Origin: Spirochaetia bacterium
GTDB lineage: Bacteria; Spirochaetota; Spirochaetia; DSM-2461
Length of the DNA stretch: 64,000 bases
Direction of reading: 5' to 3'
Assembly: GCA_963668315.1 (NCBI GenBank)
Contig: OY764216.1
Coordinates: 2,112,001-2,176,000, forward strand
Shown in pieces: positions 1 through 9,745 of the stretch. A program made the translations under genes and the position numbers. The notes under the pieces are model-generated. The model was given only the letters and a program-made list of their open reading frames with translations. It had not been told where the DNA came from and did not search any database. Numbering within the stretch: the stretch's first letter is position 1; every line of letters starts with the position of its first letter.

Positions 1-1
1 G

Positions 2-1399
2 GGTATTCTCTCCGATGAACTGACCGGCGGTGATCCGCCCCCTCCGCCCCGTGCCGCCATGGAGAAGATCCTGAAGGATCATTTCCGTCCTGACCGGAAG
101 GAGAGGGTTATCATCGTCGGTTCCGGTCCGGCGGGAATATTTGCCGGTCTGGCCCTCTTGCGCCTCGGGTTTCCCGTTACTCTTATCGAACGGGGCGTTC
201 CCGTGGAAGAGCGGGCCGAGCAGATCCGTACCTTCGAGCAGGGCGGCCCCCTTTCCCTCAGGGGGAACTATCTTTTCGGCGAAGGCGGTGCCGGTACATT
301 CTCCGACGGGAAACTGACTTCGAGAACGAAAAGGATCGTCGCCGAAAGGGACTGGATCCATTCCCTTTATGTTTCCATGGGAGGGCCCGAGGAGATCCTC
401 TGGTCCACCCATCCTCACCTGGGAAGCGACCGGCTGTTCACCATCGCTCAGAACATGAGGAATCTGTTCAGAGAATGGGGCGGAGAGATTGAATTTGAAA
501 CCATGATGACCGGTCTGAAATACTCCGCGGGACATATCTCCGCGCTGGAAACAGACAGGGGAGATCGGGAAGGGCAGTACTTTCTTCTGGCTCCCGGTCA
601 TTCCGCCCGGGAAACTTACCGTATGCTAATCGGTGCCGGCGTTCCATTCCGGGGGAAGAATTTCGCCCTGGGATTCCGCATGGAGCACCGGCAGGAAGAT
701 ATCAATATGACCCAATGGGGGTGTAAGCATCTTCCCGGGGTAAAGGGGGCGGAATACCGGCTGACCCACAAGACCGAGTCGGGCGTTCCGGTTTATACCT
801 TCTGCATGTGCCCCGGCGGGCAGGTCGTTCCCTCCACCCCCTACCGGGAGAACAATCTGGTGAACGGCATGAGTTCCTACGGCCGGGACGGGGTATTCGC
901 CAATGCGGCCCTTGTCGCCGGCATCGGCCCCGATGAAATAGCCGGAGGGGAGTCTGATCCCCTGGCCGTGCTGGACTGGCTGGAAGAGAGAGAAATCCGT
1001 TTCAAAGAGATTGTCCCCGCCTATGAAGCCCCCGCCTGTACCATCGATGCCTTTCTCAGGGGAAAGACCGCTCTGGCGCCTAAGAGCAGTTATCCCCTGG
1101 GCTTGGTCGAGTGGGATCTGGCTTCGGAACTCCCCGCGGTCCAGGCGGATGCCATCCGTGAGGGACTGGCTTCCTTTGTCTCCCGCATGCCCCTGTTCGG
1201 TCAGGGACAGCTGATGGGCTTGGAGAGCAAGACATCCGCCCCCATACAGGTTCTGAGGGACGGGGAAGGACGGCCCGAAGGTTGGGAAAACCTCTGGATC
1301 TGCGGAGAAGGAAGCGGATGGGCGGGAGGCATTATAAGTTCCGCCGCCGACGGCATTAAGGGGGCCTTGTCTCTCTTGAATGTTGACAGCTCAACATGA
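2..1399 (+). CDS. FAD-dependent oxidoreductase (COG2509-like), probably 5'-truncated by the window edge
   Basis: GSGPAG Rossmann motif, FGEGGAGTFSDGKL, TFCMCPGG, GEGSGWAGGIISSA; frame is open from base 2. Confidence 0.85.
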   Translation, partial: GILSDELTGGDPPPPPRAAMEKILKDHFRPDRKERVIIVGSGPAGIFAGLALLRLGFPVTLIERGVPVEERAEQIRTFEQGGPLSLRGNYLFGEGGAGTFSDGKLTSRTKRIVAERDWIHSLYVSMGGPEEILWSTHPHLGSDRLFTIAQNMRNLFREWGGEIEFETMMTGLKYSAGHISALETDRGDREGQYFLLAPGHSARETYRMLIGAGVPFRGKNFALGFRMEHRQEDINMTQWGCKHLPGVKGAEYRLTHKTESGVPVYTFCMCPGGQVVPSTPYRENNLVNGMSSYGRDGVFANAALVAGIGPDEIAGGESDPLAVLDWLEEREIRFKEIVPAYEAPACTIDAFLRGKTALAPKSSYPLGLVEWDLASELPAVQADAIREGLASFVSRMPLFGQGQLMGLESKTSAPIQVLRDGEGRPEGWENLWICGEGSGWAGGIISSAADGIKGALSLLNVDSST

Positions 1400-1426
1400 T
1401 TCTGCTAGCCTCTTGGCGGAGGCTCC

Positions 1427-3346
1427 ATGTACGGCGATAATCAAAATCTCATGCTGGGGGGAATCGGACTGGTCCTGGTCCTGATTCTCGGTACCCTGTC
1501 CGTTGTTTCTCTTGCAAAAATTCACCATCTGGAAGAGTCTCTCGCTCTGGCCTCCGCCGGTAAAACGGAAATCACCCCGCCGGTGAAAACGGTGGGGAAA
1601 GCCCCCTCTCCGACGGTAGAGGACGATGATGAGGTTTTCTACCGGGCTCTTGATCTGTGGGAACAGAAAGAAGAGGCGACAGAAGCCGCCCGAACCGTCG
1701 GGACGGAACTTACGGAGCAGAACTGGGACTTCCTGAACGAGTGGGGACTGACCCTGACCGAAAGTTCATCCCTCTATGCCTGGACGCTGAACCGCAGCGG
1801 CGGGGCGGGGGAAAACCCGCTCTTTTCTCTGGAATACGGGAACGGCGAATGGTCTCTGAAGGCCGAAGGAGGAGACTCCTTTTCCTTTACCAGGGTAAAC
1901 GGCCGGACGGAGGAATTTATCCGGAAGGAGATGGAAAAACGGGAGCGTCTCAAGTCACTGGAGGACCGGAGCGTCCGGATTTTCCATGAGCTCATGGCCG
2001 ACGGGGAACTGAAAGCCCTGGCGGCAAGAAAAGGCTGCCGCCTCTCGGAGACAAGGGAAGGGGAGGACCTTCGCGGTCTTGCCGTCCTGACGGAAAAAGA
2101 CGGGAGAGCCGTTGTATCGGCCCTCTGGAACGGCGAGTCCCTTACTCTGAACGGGGAAGACTTCACCGATAATCCGGAGGATCTCTCCGGGGCTTTTCAG
2201 AAGGCCCTGTCCGGAGCCGATACCCGGAGCGATGAGGAGATTCTCCTTTCCCGGGGCCTTGAGAGAATCCGCCGTTTGTACGGGGACAAGAAGTTTACCT
2301 CCCGGCTGGAAAAAATGGGGCTCTCTCCCCGGTATCTGGAAAGGGAGGATGCCGATTTCGTCTATCTGGATCTCACGGATGAGCAGGGCGAACTTCGAGC
2401 TTCCTTCGGTGTGAAGAGATACACCGGCAGGATTCATATTCTGGACAGTCAGGGAATTTCTCTGGCCTCCCTCGATTCCCTTCAATCCGCCGATATCCCC
2501 TTGCCTGAGAACCTGGCCGATCTGGACCAGGCCTATGAAGACGGAGACAGTTTTAACGTTCTTATCGTGGGCTACCATAACCAGGGCACCGACACGATGA
2601 TCCTGGCCCATGTGAATCGGGAGTCGGAAAAGGTGTCCCTCATCAGCATCCCCCGCGATCTCTGGTGGGAAGGGCATAAGCTCAATTCCTATTTCTTCGG
2701 ATCGGGCAAAGAGGATTTTCTTGATGTCATGACCAGGGTCTCCGGGCTTAAGGTCGATTACTACCTGTCGGTGGATATGTATGCCTTCATCGACCTGGTC
2801 AATGCACTGGGGGGGATCGACGTAACTCTGGAACAGGAAGTCCGCGATCCCACTTACAAAATCATCCGGGAAAACGGTTCCGCCGGAACTCTCTATTATC
2901 CTCCGGGAACCTACCATCTGAACGGTGTGGAGGCATTGCGCCTGGCCCGGTCACGCCACGGCAGCTCCGATTTTGAAAGGAGTCTTCTCCAGCAGAAAAT
3001 CCTCTCCGCTCTCCGTACCCGGGCGGAAGAGATCTCCCTGGGGGATATAGGCCTTTTCAAATCCTTTCTGTCCATCGCCTCCCGGCAGACGCAGACGAAT
3101 ATGTCCCTTCCCTTCATGGTGAGCCATTTTCTGAAAATGAAAGATTATGAGTGGGACGGGGGACATAATCTGAATGACGAGACTTTGCTGTATAATACCT
3201 ATACGGAATATCTGAATCTTACACCGTCGGAACTCTCGGCGGCCCGGGAACGGGAGGATTTCTCCAGGGGACAGTGGATTCTTCTTCCCCTGGGACAGAA
3301 CTGGGACCTCATTAAGACAAGAGTCAGGCAGATAATCGGAGGCTGA
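1427..3346 (+). CDS. LCP (LytR-CpsA-Psr) family protein with long N-terminal extension
   Basis: N-terminal TM; TDTMIL, SIPRDLW, LNGVEALRLARSRH, SDFERSLLQQ. Confidence 0.85.
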   Translation: MYGDNQNLMLGGIGLVLVLILGTLSVVSLAKIHHLEESLALASAGKTEITPPVKTVGKAPSPTVEDDDEVFYRALDLWEQKEEATEAARTVGTELTEQNWDFLNEWGLTLTESSSLYAWTLNRSGGAGENPLFSLEYGNGEWSLKAEGGDSFSFTRVNGRTEEFIRKEMEKRERLKSLEDRSVRIFHELMADGELKALAARKGCRLSETREGEDLRGLAVLTEKDGRAVVSALWNGESLTLNGEDFTDNPEDLSGAFQKALSGADTRSDEEILLSRGLERIRRLYGDKKFTSRLEKMGLSPRYLEREDADFVYLDLTDEQGELRASFGVKRYTGRIHILDSQGISLASLDSLQSADIPLPENLADLDQAYEDGDSFNVLIVGYHNQGTDTMILAHVNRESEKVSLISIPRDLWWEGHKLNSYFFGSGKEDFLDVMTRVSGLKVDYYLSVDMYAFIDLVNALGGIDVTLEQEVRDPTYKIIRENGSAGTLYYPPGTYHLNGVEALRLARSRHGSSDFERSLLQQKILSALRTRAEEISLGDIGLFKSFLSIASRQTQTNMSLPFMVSHFLKMKDYEWDGGHNLNDETLLYNTYTEYLNLTPSELSAAREREDFSRGQWILLPLGQNWDLIKTRVRQIIGG

Positions 3347-4105
3347 TCAGAGCAGGGCGGAAAGTTTATCGCTCTCTTCGAGAAGGGCGGCGATAATACT
3401 CCTTTTCTTCTCTTCGTCCAGGCGAAAGCGGGGCTGGGACACGCTCAGTCCGGCGATGACGGCGCCCGTATGGTTGCGCACGGGCACGGCCAGGCAGTAG
3501 ATACGGTCCTCATGCTCTTCCCTGTCCACGGCGAACCCGTCCTGTCGGATGCGCTCCATCTCCCGGAAAAAGTCTTCCTCGTTGGTCAGGGTATGTTCCG
3601 TATAGGGCGTCCAGTCATAACCCTTGAGTATTTTCTCCAGCCTTTCCTTCGGCTCCCAGGCCGAAAGGACTTTCCCGATTCCCGTACAGTGGAGGGGAGC
3701 CGATCGTCCGATGCCCGAACGCATCTGCAGGGAAAAGCGGGAATCAATTTTATCGATATAGATGATTTTCGCATCGTCCCTGATTGCCAGGTGGACCGTC
3801 TCGTGAGAGATATCCGACAGGCGTTCCAGGAAGGGGTGGGCCATCTTTATCAGGTCCTGATGCTCCAGGGCGCTGGAGCCCAGCTGGAAGAGTTTCATGG
3901 TCAGGAGAAAGCCTTCATCCCCCGGGAGAGACTGAACATAACCCAGATCTTTGAGAGTCTGCATGAAGCGGAAGGCCGTAGCCTTGGCTATGCCCGTTTC
4001 CCTGGCCAGTTCCGAGAGTCCCATATCGGGATTCTTCCCGATTTTCTCCAGCAGAGTAAAGGTGCGGAGAACCGCTTTAACCTGTCCTTTGTCATCACTT
4101 TCCAT
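3347..4105 (-). CDS. kdgR: IclR-family transcriptional regulator, KdgR-like
   Basis: HTH GLSELARETGIAKATAFRFMQTLKDLGYV; ETVHLA, PLHCTGIGK, DREEH. Confidence 0.8.
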   Translation of the reverse strand: MESDDKGQVKAVLRTFTLLEKIGKNPDMGLSELARETGIAKATAFRFMQTLKDLGYVQSLPGDEGFLLTMKLFQLGSSALEHQDLIKMAHPFLERLSDISHETVHLAIRDDAKIIYIDKIDSRFSLQMRSGIGRSAPLHCTGIGKVLSAWEPKERLEKILKGYDWTPYTEHTLTNEEDFFREMERIRQDGFAVDREEHEDRIYCLAVPVRNHTGAVIAGLSVSQPRFRLDEEKKRSIIAALLEESDKLSALL

Positions 4106-4139
4106 TGCCTGTCTATGGTATAGGGAGGAGCGATTTTTG

Positions 4140-4763
4140 TCAGCCCCCTTTTTGAGGGTCCCATCGGAAAATAAGGAAGTTGTCCTCAGTAAGAGAGCCG
4201 TCCGGCTCCCGGTAGGGTTCGACGGCAGAGTAAACGGGAATGAAGCGGTCTTTGGTAAAGAGAGCGGTTATCCATTCCTTGGTAAAGTAATTAAAAAAAA
4301 TCTCCCCGTCGGAGAAACTCGTTGTCTCGTATCCCGGGGTTTTGCCCGACATGAAGCTGATGTAGACAAGACCTTCAGGATTCAGAAGAGAGCCAAGACG
4401 GCTGATCAGGGTTTCAACTTCTTCATCGGGAAGGTGGACGATAATGAAGGAGAGGCAGACTCCGTCAAACCGCTCCGATGGTTGGTATTCCTGAATCGAA
4501 CTTCTGGAAAAGGAACCGCTCGGACAATTCTCCCTGGCAATGGTGAGCATGGCTTCGGAGAAATCAAAACCATGCACTTCAAAGCCGGCCCGGGAAAACT
4601 CTCCCGCGTTCACTCCTGTTCCGCAACCCATATCCAGAACTCTGGCCCGGGCCGGCAGTTCTTCTATGTAATGCCCTATCTGTCTCCGGTAGGGATTGTA
4701 CTGTGAGAACTTTTTGTTGTATTTATCCGCGGAGCTCTCATAGGATTCCCAGGTCCTGTTCAC
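4140..4763 (-). CDS. Class I SAM-dependent methyltransferase
   Basis: VLDMGCGTG, GFDFSEAML; GTG start at 4763 overlaps the dapF stop (GTGA). Confidence 0.85.
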   Translation of the reverse strand: MNRTWESYESSADKYNKKFSQYNPYRRQIGHYIEELPARARVLDMGCGTGVNAGEFSRAGFEVHGFDFSEAMLTIARENCPSGSFSRSSIQEYQPSERFDGVCLSFIIVHLPDEEVETLISRLGSLLNPEGLVYISFMSGKTPGYETTSFSDGEIFFNYFTKEWITALFTKDRFIPVYSAVEPYREPDGSLTEDNFLIFRWDPQKGG

Positions 4764-5581
4764 AGTTCGGCCGTTCCCCGGTAGATCAGTTCCGCCGGTC
4801 CGGTTTTCATTACCCGGCCGTCCTCCGTCCGTTCCAGGGTCAGGTCGCCTCCGCGCATGTGGCATAGCAGGGATTTCCCCGTCCGTCCCGATTCGCTGGC
4901 GGCGGCGCACACCGCGGCGGATCCCGTTCCGCAGGCCATGGTCTCGCCGCATCCCCTTTCCCAGACACGGACTTCCGCCTCGTCCGGTCCGATTATCCGG
5001 GTGAACTCCACATTGCACCGGTCGGGAAAAAGAGGGTGATGCTCGAGAAGGGGGCCCAGGGTGAGCACATTCGCATCGCTTAAATCGTCGGTGAAGTAGA
5101 CACAGTGGGGATTGCCCATGGAAACGGCACAGATGGAAATCTTTTTCCCGTTGACGGTTATCTCCCTGTCTATGACGGGGGAGCCTTCGAGTTTAACCGG
5201 GACATCCTCGGGATTCCAGCGGATCTTTCCCAGATCGGCCCTCACCCGGTAGGTTCGGCCCCGTTCCAGAATCTCCACTCTCTTCAGACCGTCCTCCGTA
5301 TCAATATCCACCGTGTCTTCCCTTATATAGCCTTTCCCGTCCAGGTAGAGCGCCGTACAGCGGAGGGCGTTCCCGCACATGCCCGCCAGGGTGCCGTCGG
5401 CGTTCCATATCTCCATGGTCCAGTTCTCCCGGCGGGATATGTTGACGACACCGTCGGCTCCCGCTCCGAATCGGCGGGCGCAGAGTCTTCGGATCTCTTC
5501 GGGCGAGAGGGACATTTTCTCCTGTTCTATGAAAATAAAGTCGTTTCCCGCTCCGGCCAGTTTGGTGAAATTCAGTTCCAT
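4760..5581 (-). CDS. dapF: Diaminopimelate epimerase
   Basis: GAGNDF, MCGNALRC, SMGNPH, ERGCGETMACGTG. Confidence 0.95.
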   Translation of the reverse strand: MELNFTKLAGAGNDFIFIEQEKMSLSPEEIRRLCARRFGAGADGVVNISRRENWTMEIWNADGTLAGMCGNALRCTALYLDGKGYIREDTVDIDTEDGLKRVEILERGRTYRVRADLGKIRWNPEDVPVKLEGSPVIDREITVNGKKISICAVSMGNPHCVYFTDDLSDANVLTLGPLLEHHPLFPDRCNVEFTRIIGPDEAEVRVWERGCGETMACGTGSAAVCAAASESGRTGKSLLCHMRGGDLTLERTEDGRVMKTGPAELIYRGTAEL

Positions 5582-6840
5582 AAGGTTTCCTCCCGTATCA
5601 GCTGAGCCAGTTCTGCCGGCGTGCGTCTTTTTCTGATGAGCCGGTCGTTTCCGTCCTTTTCCAGAAGCACTTCGGCGGGGAGGGGACGCATGTTATACTC
5701 CGATCCCATGGCGTAGCAGTAGGCCCCGCTGTTGAGAAGGGCCAGATAGTCCCCCTCGCGGATTTCTGCTACCTCCCTGTCACGGGCAAAAAGGTCTCCC
5801 GATTCGCAGATATTGCCGGCGATATCGTAAATATGGGGCTGCCCTTCCGGATGGGACAGATTGATGATGCTGTGATAGGCCCCGTACAGAAGGGGGCGGA
5901 TCAGGTGGGGAAATCCCGAGTCTGTTCCGGCGATCAGGCGGTCCCGGTTCTTCTTGAGAGTATTCACCCGGACAATGAAAATCCCCCCTTCGGCGGTAAC
6001 GAATTTCCCAGGCTCGAAGTAGAGGGAGAGATCCCGGCCGTACACCTTCCGGAAGTTCTCGAACCGTTCGGCCAGGGCCTTCCCGAAGGCGTCATAATCC
6101 ACGGGGATCTCCTCTTCCTGGTAAGGAACTTTGAACCCCCCTCCGCAGTCGATGAACCGGAGGTCGGGGAACAGACCGCTGCCTGCGACGGAAAGGAGGT
6201 TGTCCATACTCTGGAGGAAGAGGGCCGTATCGGCGATACCGCTGCCCGTGTGCTTATGGAGTCCCACCACGGTAAGACCGTACCGATCGGTGATCTCCTT
6301 CACCCGGGGAGCCTCCTCCATAAGGATGCCGAACTTGGTCAGCTTGCCTCCCGTCTGAATCTCTTTGAACTCTCCGGCCACCACGTCCGGATTGAATCGG
6401 AGGCACACGGAGGAACGGGGGTGGGCTTTGCCGAATTTCTCCAGCCGGGAGAGGGATCCGATATTCATGGTCACTCCCGTCTCCGCCACTCTGTCCATCT
6501 CCCCATCGGTGATATGGTTGGCCGTATAGATGATTCTGTCCGGAGTGAATCCGCAGGAAAGAGCCAGATGGACTTCCCCTTCGCTTACCGCATCTATTCC
6601 CATCCCCCCTTTCCGGATGATATTCAGAAGATGGGGGTTGTTGTTGGCCTTCATGGCATAGAAGAATTTCAGGTTATTCAGAGGAATCCTTTTATGCAGC
6701 TCTTCGACTCTTCCGGCAATCCAGGCTTCATCATAGAGATAAAGGGGAGTGCCGTATTTTGCGGCCAGGGATGTCAGCTCCCTGCCGGCCATACAGACTT
6801 CTCCGTTCTTCTCTTCCAGACTGTTTCTTAAGTTATTCAT
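5572..6840 (-). CDS. lysA: Diaminopimelate decarboxylase
   Basis: YAMKAN, HKHTGSG, EPGK, GNICESGD, GAYCYAM; AGGAG RBS before ATG at 6840. Confidence 0.93.
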   Translation of the reverse strand: MNNLRNSLEEKNGEVCMAGRELTSLAAKYGTPLYLYDEAWIAGRVEELHKRIPLNNLKFFYAMKANNNPHLLNIIRKGGMGIDAVSEGEVHLALSCGFTPDRIIYTANHITDGEMDRVAETGVTMNIGSLSRLEKFGKAHPRSSVCLRFNPDVVAGEFKEIQTGGKLTKFGILMEEAPRVKEITDRYGLTVVGLHKHTGSGIADTALFLQSMDNLLSVAGSGLFPDLRFIDCGGGFKVPYQEEEIPVDYDAFGKALAERFENFRKVYGRDLSLYFEPGKFVTAEGGIFIVRVNTLKKNRDRLIAGTDSGFPHLIRPLLYGAYHSIINLSHPEGQPHIYDIAGNICESGDLFARDREVAEIREGDYLALLNSGAYCYAMGSEYNMRPLPAEVLLEKDGNDRLIRKRRTPAELAQLIREETLWN

Positions 6841-6868
6841 AAATACTCCTTTACGTTGCCATACACAA

Positions 6869-7351
6869 TTATTTCTCTCCGCTCTCATCTATCCGCTCCA
6901 GGGCAGAGAAGAGGATCTCCGTGGAGGTCATTACCTCCCTGACATGTCCCCGGGGCAGAAGGGATATGAGCTTGCCGTAGTAGGACTCCCTTCCGGCCTT
7001 TACCGCTTCGGCGGTAAAACGACCCCGGTCTGTCAGGGATACATGCTGAATGCGCTTATCCTCGCCATAGGTGTGGGTTTCTACCAGAAGACTGCTCTTG
7101 AGAGGAACAATCAGACGTGTCACACTGCTCTTCTCCAGATGCATTCGTTCTCCTATTTCTCCCATGGTAAGCCTCTTTTCCTTGAGAAGCAGGGTCAGAA
7201 GAAAGGACTGGGAGCCGGTAAAGCCTGTTTCCTTTCTCTGTTCCCTCTCCATGATCTGAAATATCTGAGATGTCCTCTGCAGCAATGCGGCAATATCGGT
7301 GAGGCATTTTTCATATTTGCTCTGATCGTTGTAATCGCCTTCCTGATTCAT
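6869..7351 (-). CDS. MarR-family transcriptional regulator
   Basis: LTMGEIGERMHLEKSSVTRL winged HTH; EDKRIQHVSLTDRG wing. Confidence 0.85.
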   Translation of the reverse strand: MNQEGDYNDQSKYEKCLTDIAALLQRTSQIFQIMEREQRKETGFTGSQSFLLTLLLKEKRLTMGEIGERMHLEKSSVTRLIVPLKSSLLVETHTYGEDKRIQHVSLTDRGRFTAEAVKAGRESYYGKLISLLPRGHVREVMTSTEILFSALERIDESGEK

Positions 7352-7442
7352 ATAAAGTTGTATAACACAACAAAAGATAGTTTGTCAAGCCTTACTTTCG
7401 GGGTTTCCCTCCCATGGCGATCCTGATACAATAGGGGAGGAT

Positions 7443-8432
7443 ATGGGCATAGAGGAATCTCCGGTGGTGGACGTATATGAATCAGGTAAACTCATCAGAG
7501 CAGGAGCTGAGAGAGAGGGCTTTTCCCGCCTGAGGATACTCTCTCCTCTCCCCTGCTGGAACTTTACAGGTCACGTGGATATGCCCTTTCCCGAGAATGC
7601 CCGTTCGGCCTGTCTGCTCTTCTACCCCTATGACAGGAGTGGAGGTCCCGGCGTGCTGGCGCCCTTTGCCCGGAGCAATTACTACGCCGAAGCGGTGGCC
7701 CGGCTCAAGAAAATCGTCTCGGAACTGAGGAGGAAAACGGGATTCTCCAAGGAGGATTTCCGTATTTTCTGCAACTCCCGTTTTCCCGAGAAACAGATGG
7801 CCTGGCACTGCGGGCTGGGGTATTTCGGGCGGAACAGCCTCCTCATCACGCCGGAGTACGGCTCTCTGGGTATTATTGCCGGATTTTTTCTTCCCTTTGA
7901 GCTGGAGGGGGAGTCTCCCCTTGAGAATACCCCCTATGAACACTGCGGCTCCTGCCGGCAGTGCGCCTTATCCTGTCCGGGAAAAGCCGTAAAGGATGGG
8001 GGGGGAATCGACAGGCTCCTCTGCTATCAGTACCTCTCCACCGCTTCCGTCGTTCTGCCCCGTGACGTGACATCCCGGTGGAATATTCTCTACGGCTGCC
8101 AGATATGTCAGGATGTCTGCCCGAAAAACAGGAAGAAACCGGAAGGAAATCCCCCCGGGAGAGGGCTTTTGGGAGAGGAGCCCGATCTGAAATTCATACT
8201 GGACGCTACCGAGGAGGAACTCCGGTTGTTCCTGAAAGGTTCCGCCCTGTCCCAGTCATGGATCAAGCCGGTCCTGCTGAAGAGAAATGCTCTGATCTGT
8301 CTCTGGCAGAGGGGGACCCGGGAGGAGAGGGACGCCCTGACAGAGGCCTACCTGAAGCATCCCGACGGGATACTGGCAGGCACGGCCTCCTGTCTGCGGG
8401 ATCTTTCTAGTACATCCCTTCCACGGCTCTGA
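7443..8432 (+). CDS. queG: Epoxyqueuosine reductase QueG-like
   Basis: GLGYFGRNSLLITPEYGS, CGSCRQCALSCP, GCQICQDVCP. Confidence 0.8.
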   Translation: MGIEESPVVDVYESGKLIRAGAEREGFSRLRILSPLPCWNFTGHVDMPFPENARSACLLFYPYDRSGGPGVLAPFARSNYYAEAVARLKKIVSELRRKTGFSKEDFRIFCNSRFPEKQMAWHCGLGYFGRNSLLITPEYGSLGIIAGFFLPFELEGESPLENTPYEHCGSCRQCALSCPGKAVKDGGGIDRLLCYQYLSTASVVLPRDVTSRWNILYGCQICQDVCPKNRKKPEGNPPGRGLLGEEPDLKFILDATEEELRLFLKGSALSQSWIKPVLLKRNALICLWQRGTREERDALTEAYLKHPDGILAGTASCLRDLSSTSLPRL

Positions 8433-9672
8433 TACCGCTGGCCCAGGCCCCGGTTATCCCCCGGCTGGTACCCGCCCCGTCGCCGATCATCCAGATATTT
8501 CCTTTCACACGGAAAGAATCATCGATAAACTTGGGCTTATTGGCATAGAGCTTGATTTCCGGGTAATACATGATGGTGCTGGGGTGGAGTACTCCCGGGA
8601 TGATCGTATCCAGCTGCTTCATGGATTTCCAGATAGCCCGCAGAATCTTTCCGGGCATGACCAGGGAGATATCTCCCGGAGTGCAGTCCAAAGTCGGCTT
8701 GAAGCTGTAGAGATCCTCATTGAAGTTATGGCTCTTGGAGCGTTTTCCCATGCGGAAGTCTCCCACCCGCTGCATGATGGGCTTCCCGCCCCCCAGAAGG
8801 GCCGCCTGCTTGCCCAGCATTTCGGCATAATCCTGACCGCTGGCCAGGGGTTCGGTAAGTTTGACCGTCTTCAGCATGGCGAAGTTGACCAGGCCGTTGC
8901 TTTTTTTACGGGAGTAGGCGTGGCCGTTGACGCTGTAGTAGGTTTTGCCGTCCTGGCTTGTGTATTTTTCCCGGACCACATGGGCGCTTCCCGAATTGGT
9001 GCAGAATGTACGCACCTTCCCGGGAAAGTGAAATTTCGGGTCATAGTAATCCCTGACGATGGGGTAGTGGGGCTCTTCCGTCTCCACCCGGATTCCCACA
9101 TCCACGATATTGTCCACAAAGGGAATGGACAGGTTCTTCATTGCCGACTGGAGGAAGCGGAAACCCTTTCGGCCCGGGGCGATAATCAGCCTGTCAAAGC
9201 GTATCTCCTCCCCTTCCAGCTGAAGGGCGTCCTCCGATATATCAAGGACTTCCTTTCCCAGTTTTATCACCACGCCCATCTCTTCCAGACAGGAGGTCAG
9301 TTCCTTAATGAGTTCAAGGCCGCCGTCCGTTCCCAGATGGGCCTGCCTGATATCCAGAAGCTCCACATCAAGGGGGCGGCACCGCTTATGATAGACATCC
9401 AGATTCTGCTTCTCCTTGATCGGAGGATTCAGAAACTCCTCCACCCTTCCGAGGTAGTAGGATGCCTGATCCTTTTCCCAGTACTCCTGGGGAAATCCCA
9501 CGGGGTAGGTGAAATTCATCTTGCAGTCGTTTCTCAAGCCGCCGGTGGAGAATTTCTCCTTGTCGAGCATGAGAATCTTCTGCTTACTGTCCTTCTTAAG
9601 AAGCTCGAAGGCAGCCGCCAATCCGGCAGGGCCGGTACCTATGATTACGCAATCCCACTGTTTTTCGGTCAT
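8407..9672 (-). CDS. FAD-dependent oxidoreductase (short COG2509-like type)
   Basis: IIGTGPAG, HLGTD, VRTFCTN, VNGHAY, GDGAGTSRGI; start chosen at MTEKQ. Confidence 0.82.
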   Translation of the reverse strand: MTEKQWDCVIIGTGPAGLAAAFELLKKDSKQKILMLDKEKFSTGGLRNDCKMNFTYPVGFPQEYWEKDQASYYLGRVEEFLNPPIKEKQNLDVYHKRCRPLDVELLDIRQAHLGTDGGLELIKELTSCLEEMGVVIKLGKEVLDISEDALQLEGEEIRFDRLIIAPGRKGFRFLQSAMKNLSIPFVDNIVDVGIRVETEEPHYPIVRDYYDPKFHFPGKVRTFCTNSGSAHVVREKYTSQDGKTYYSVNGHAYSRKKSNGLVNFAMLKTVKLTEPLASGQDYAEMLGKQAALLGGGKPIMQRVGDFRMGKRSKSHNFNEDLYSFKPTLDCTPGDISLVMPGKILRAIWKSMKQLDTIIPGVLHPSTIMYYPEIKLYANKPKFIDDSFRVKGNIWMIGDGAGTSRGITGAWASGIRAVEGMY

Positions 9673-9745
9673 AACATGCCATTGTACACTATTTGTCCCC
9701 TTTTGAAACAGGGAAAAATGCTTGCTCCGGAAAGGAATTCTCACT

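Noticed and set aside
4764..5018. N-terminal extension of the methyltransferase ORF in the ORF track
   Set aside because: Overlaps dapF; the GTG at 4763, coupled to the dapF stop, is the likelier start
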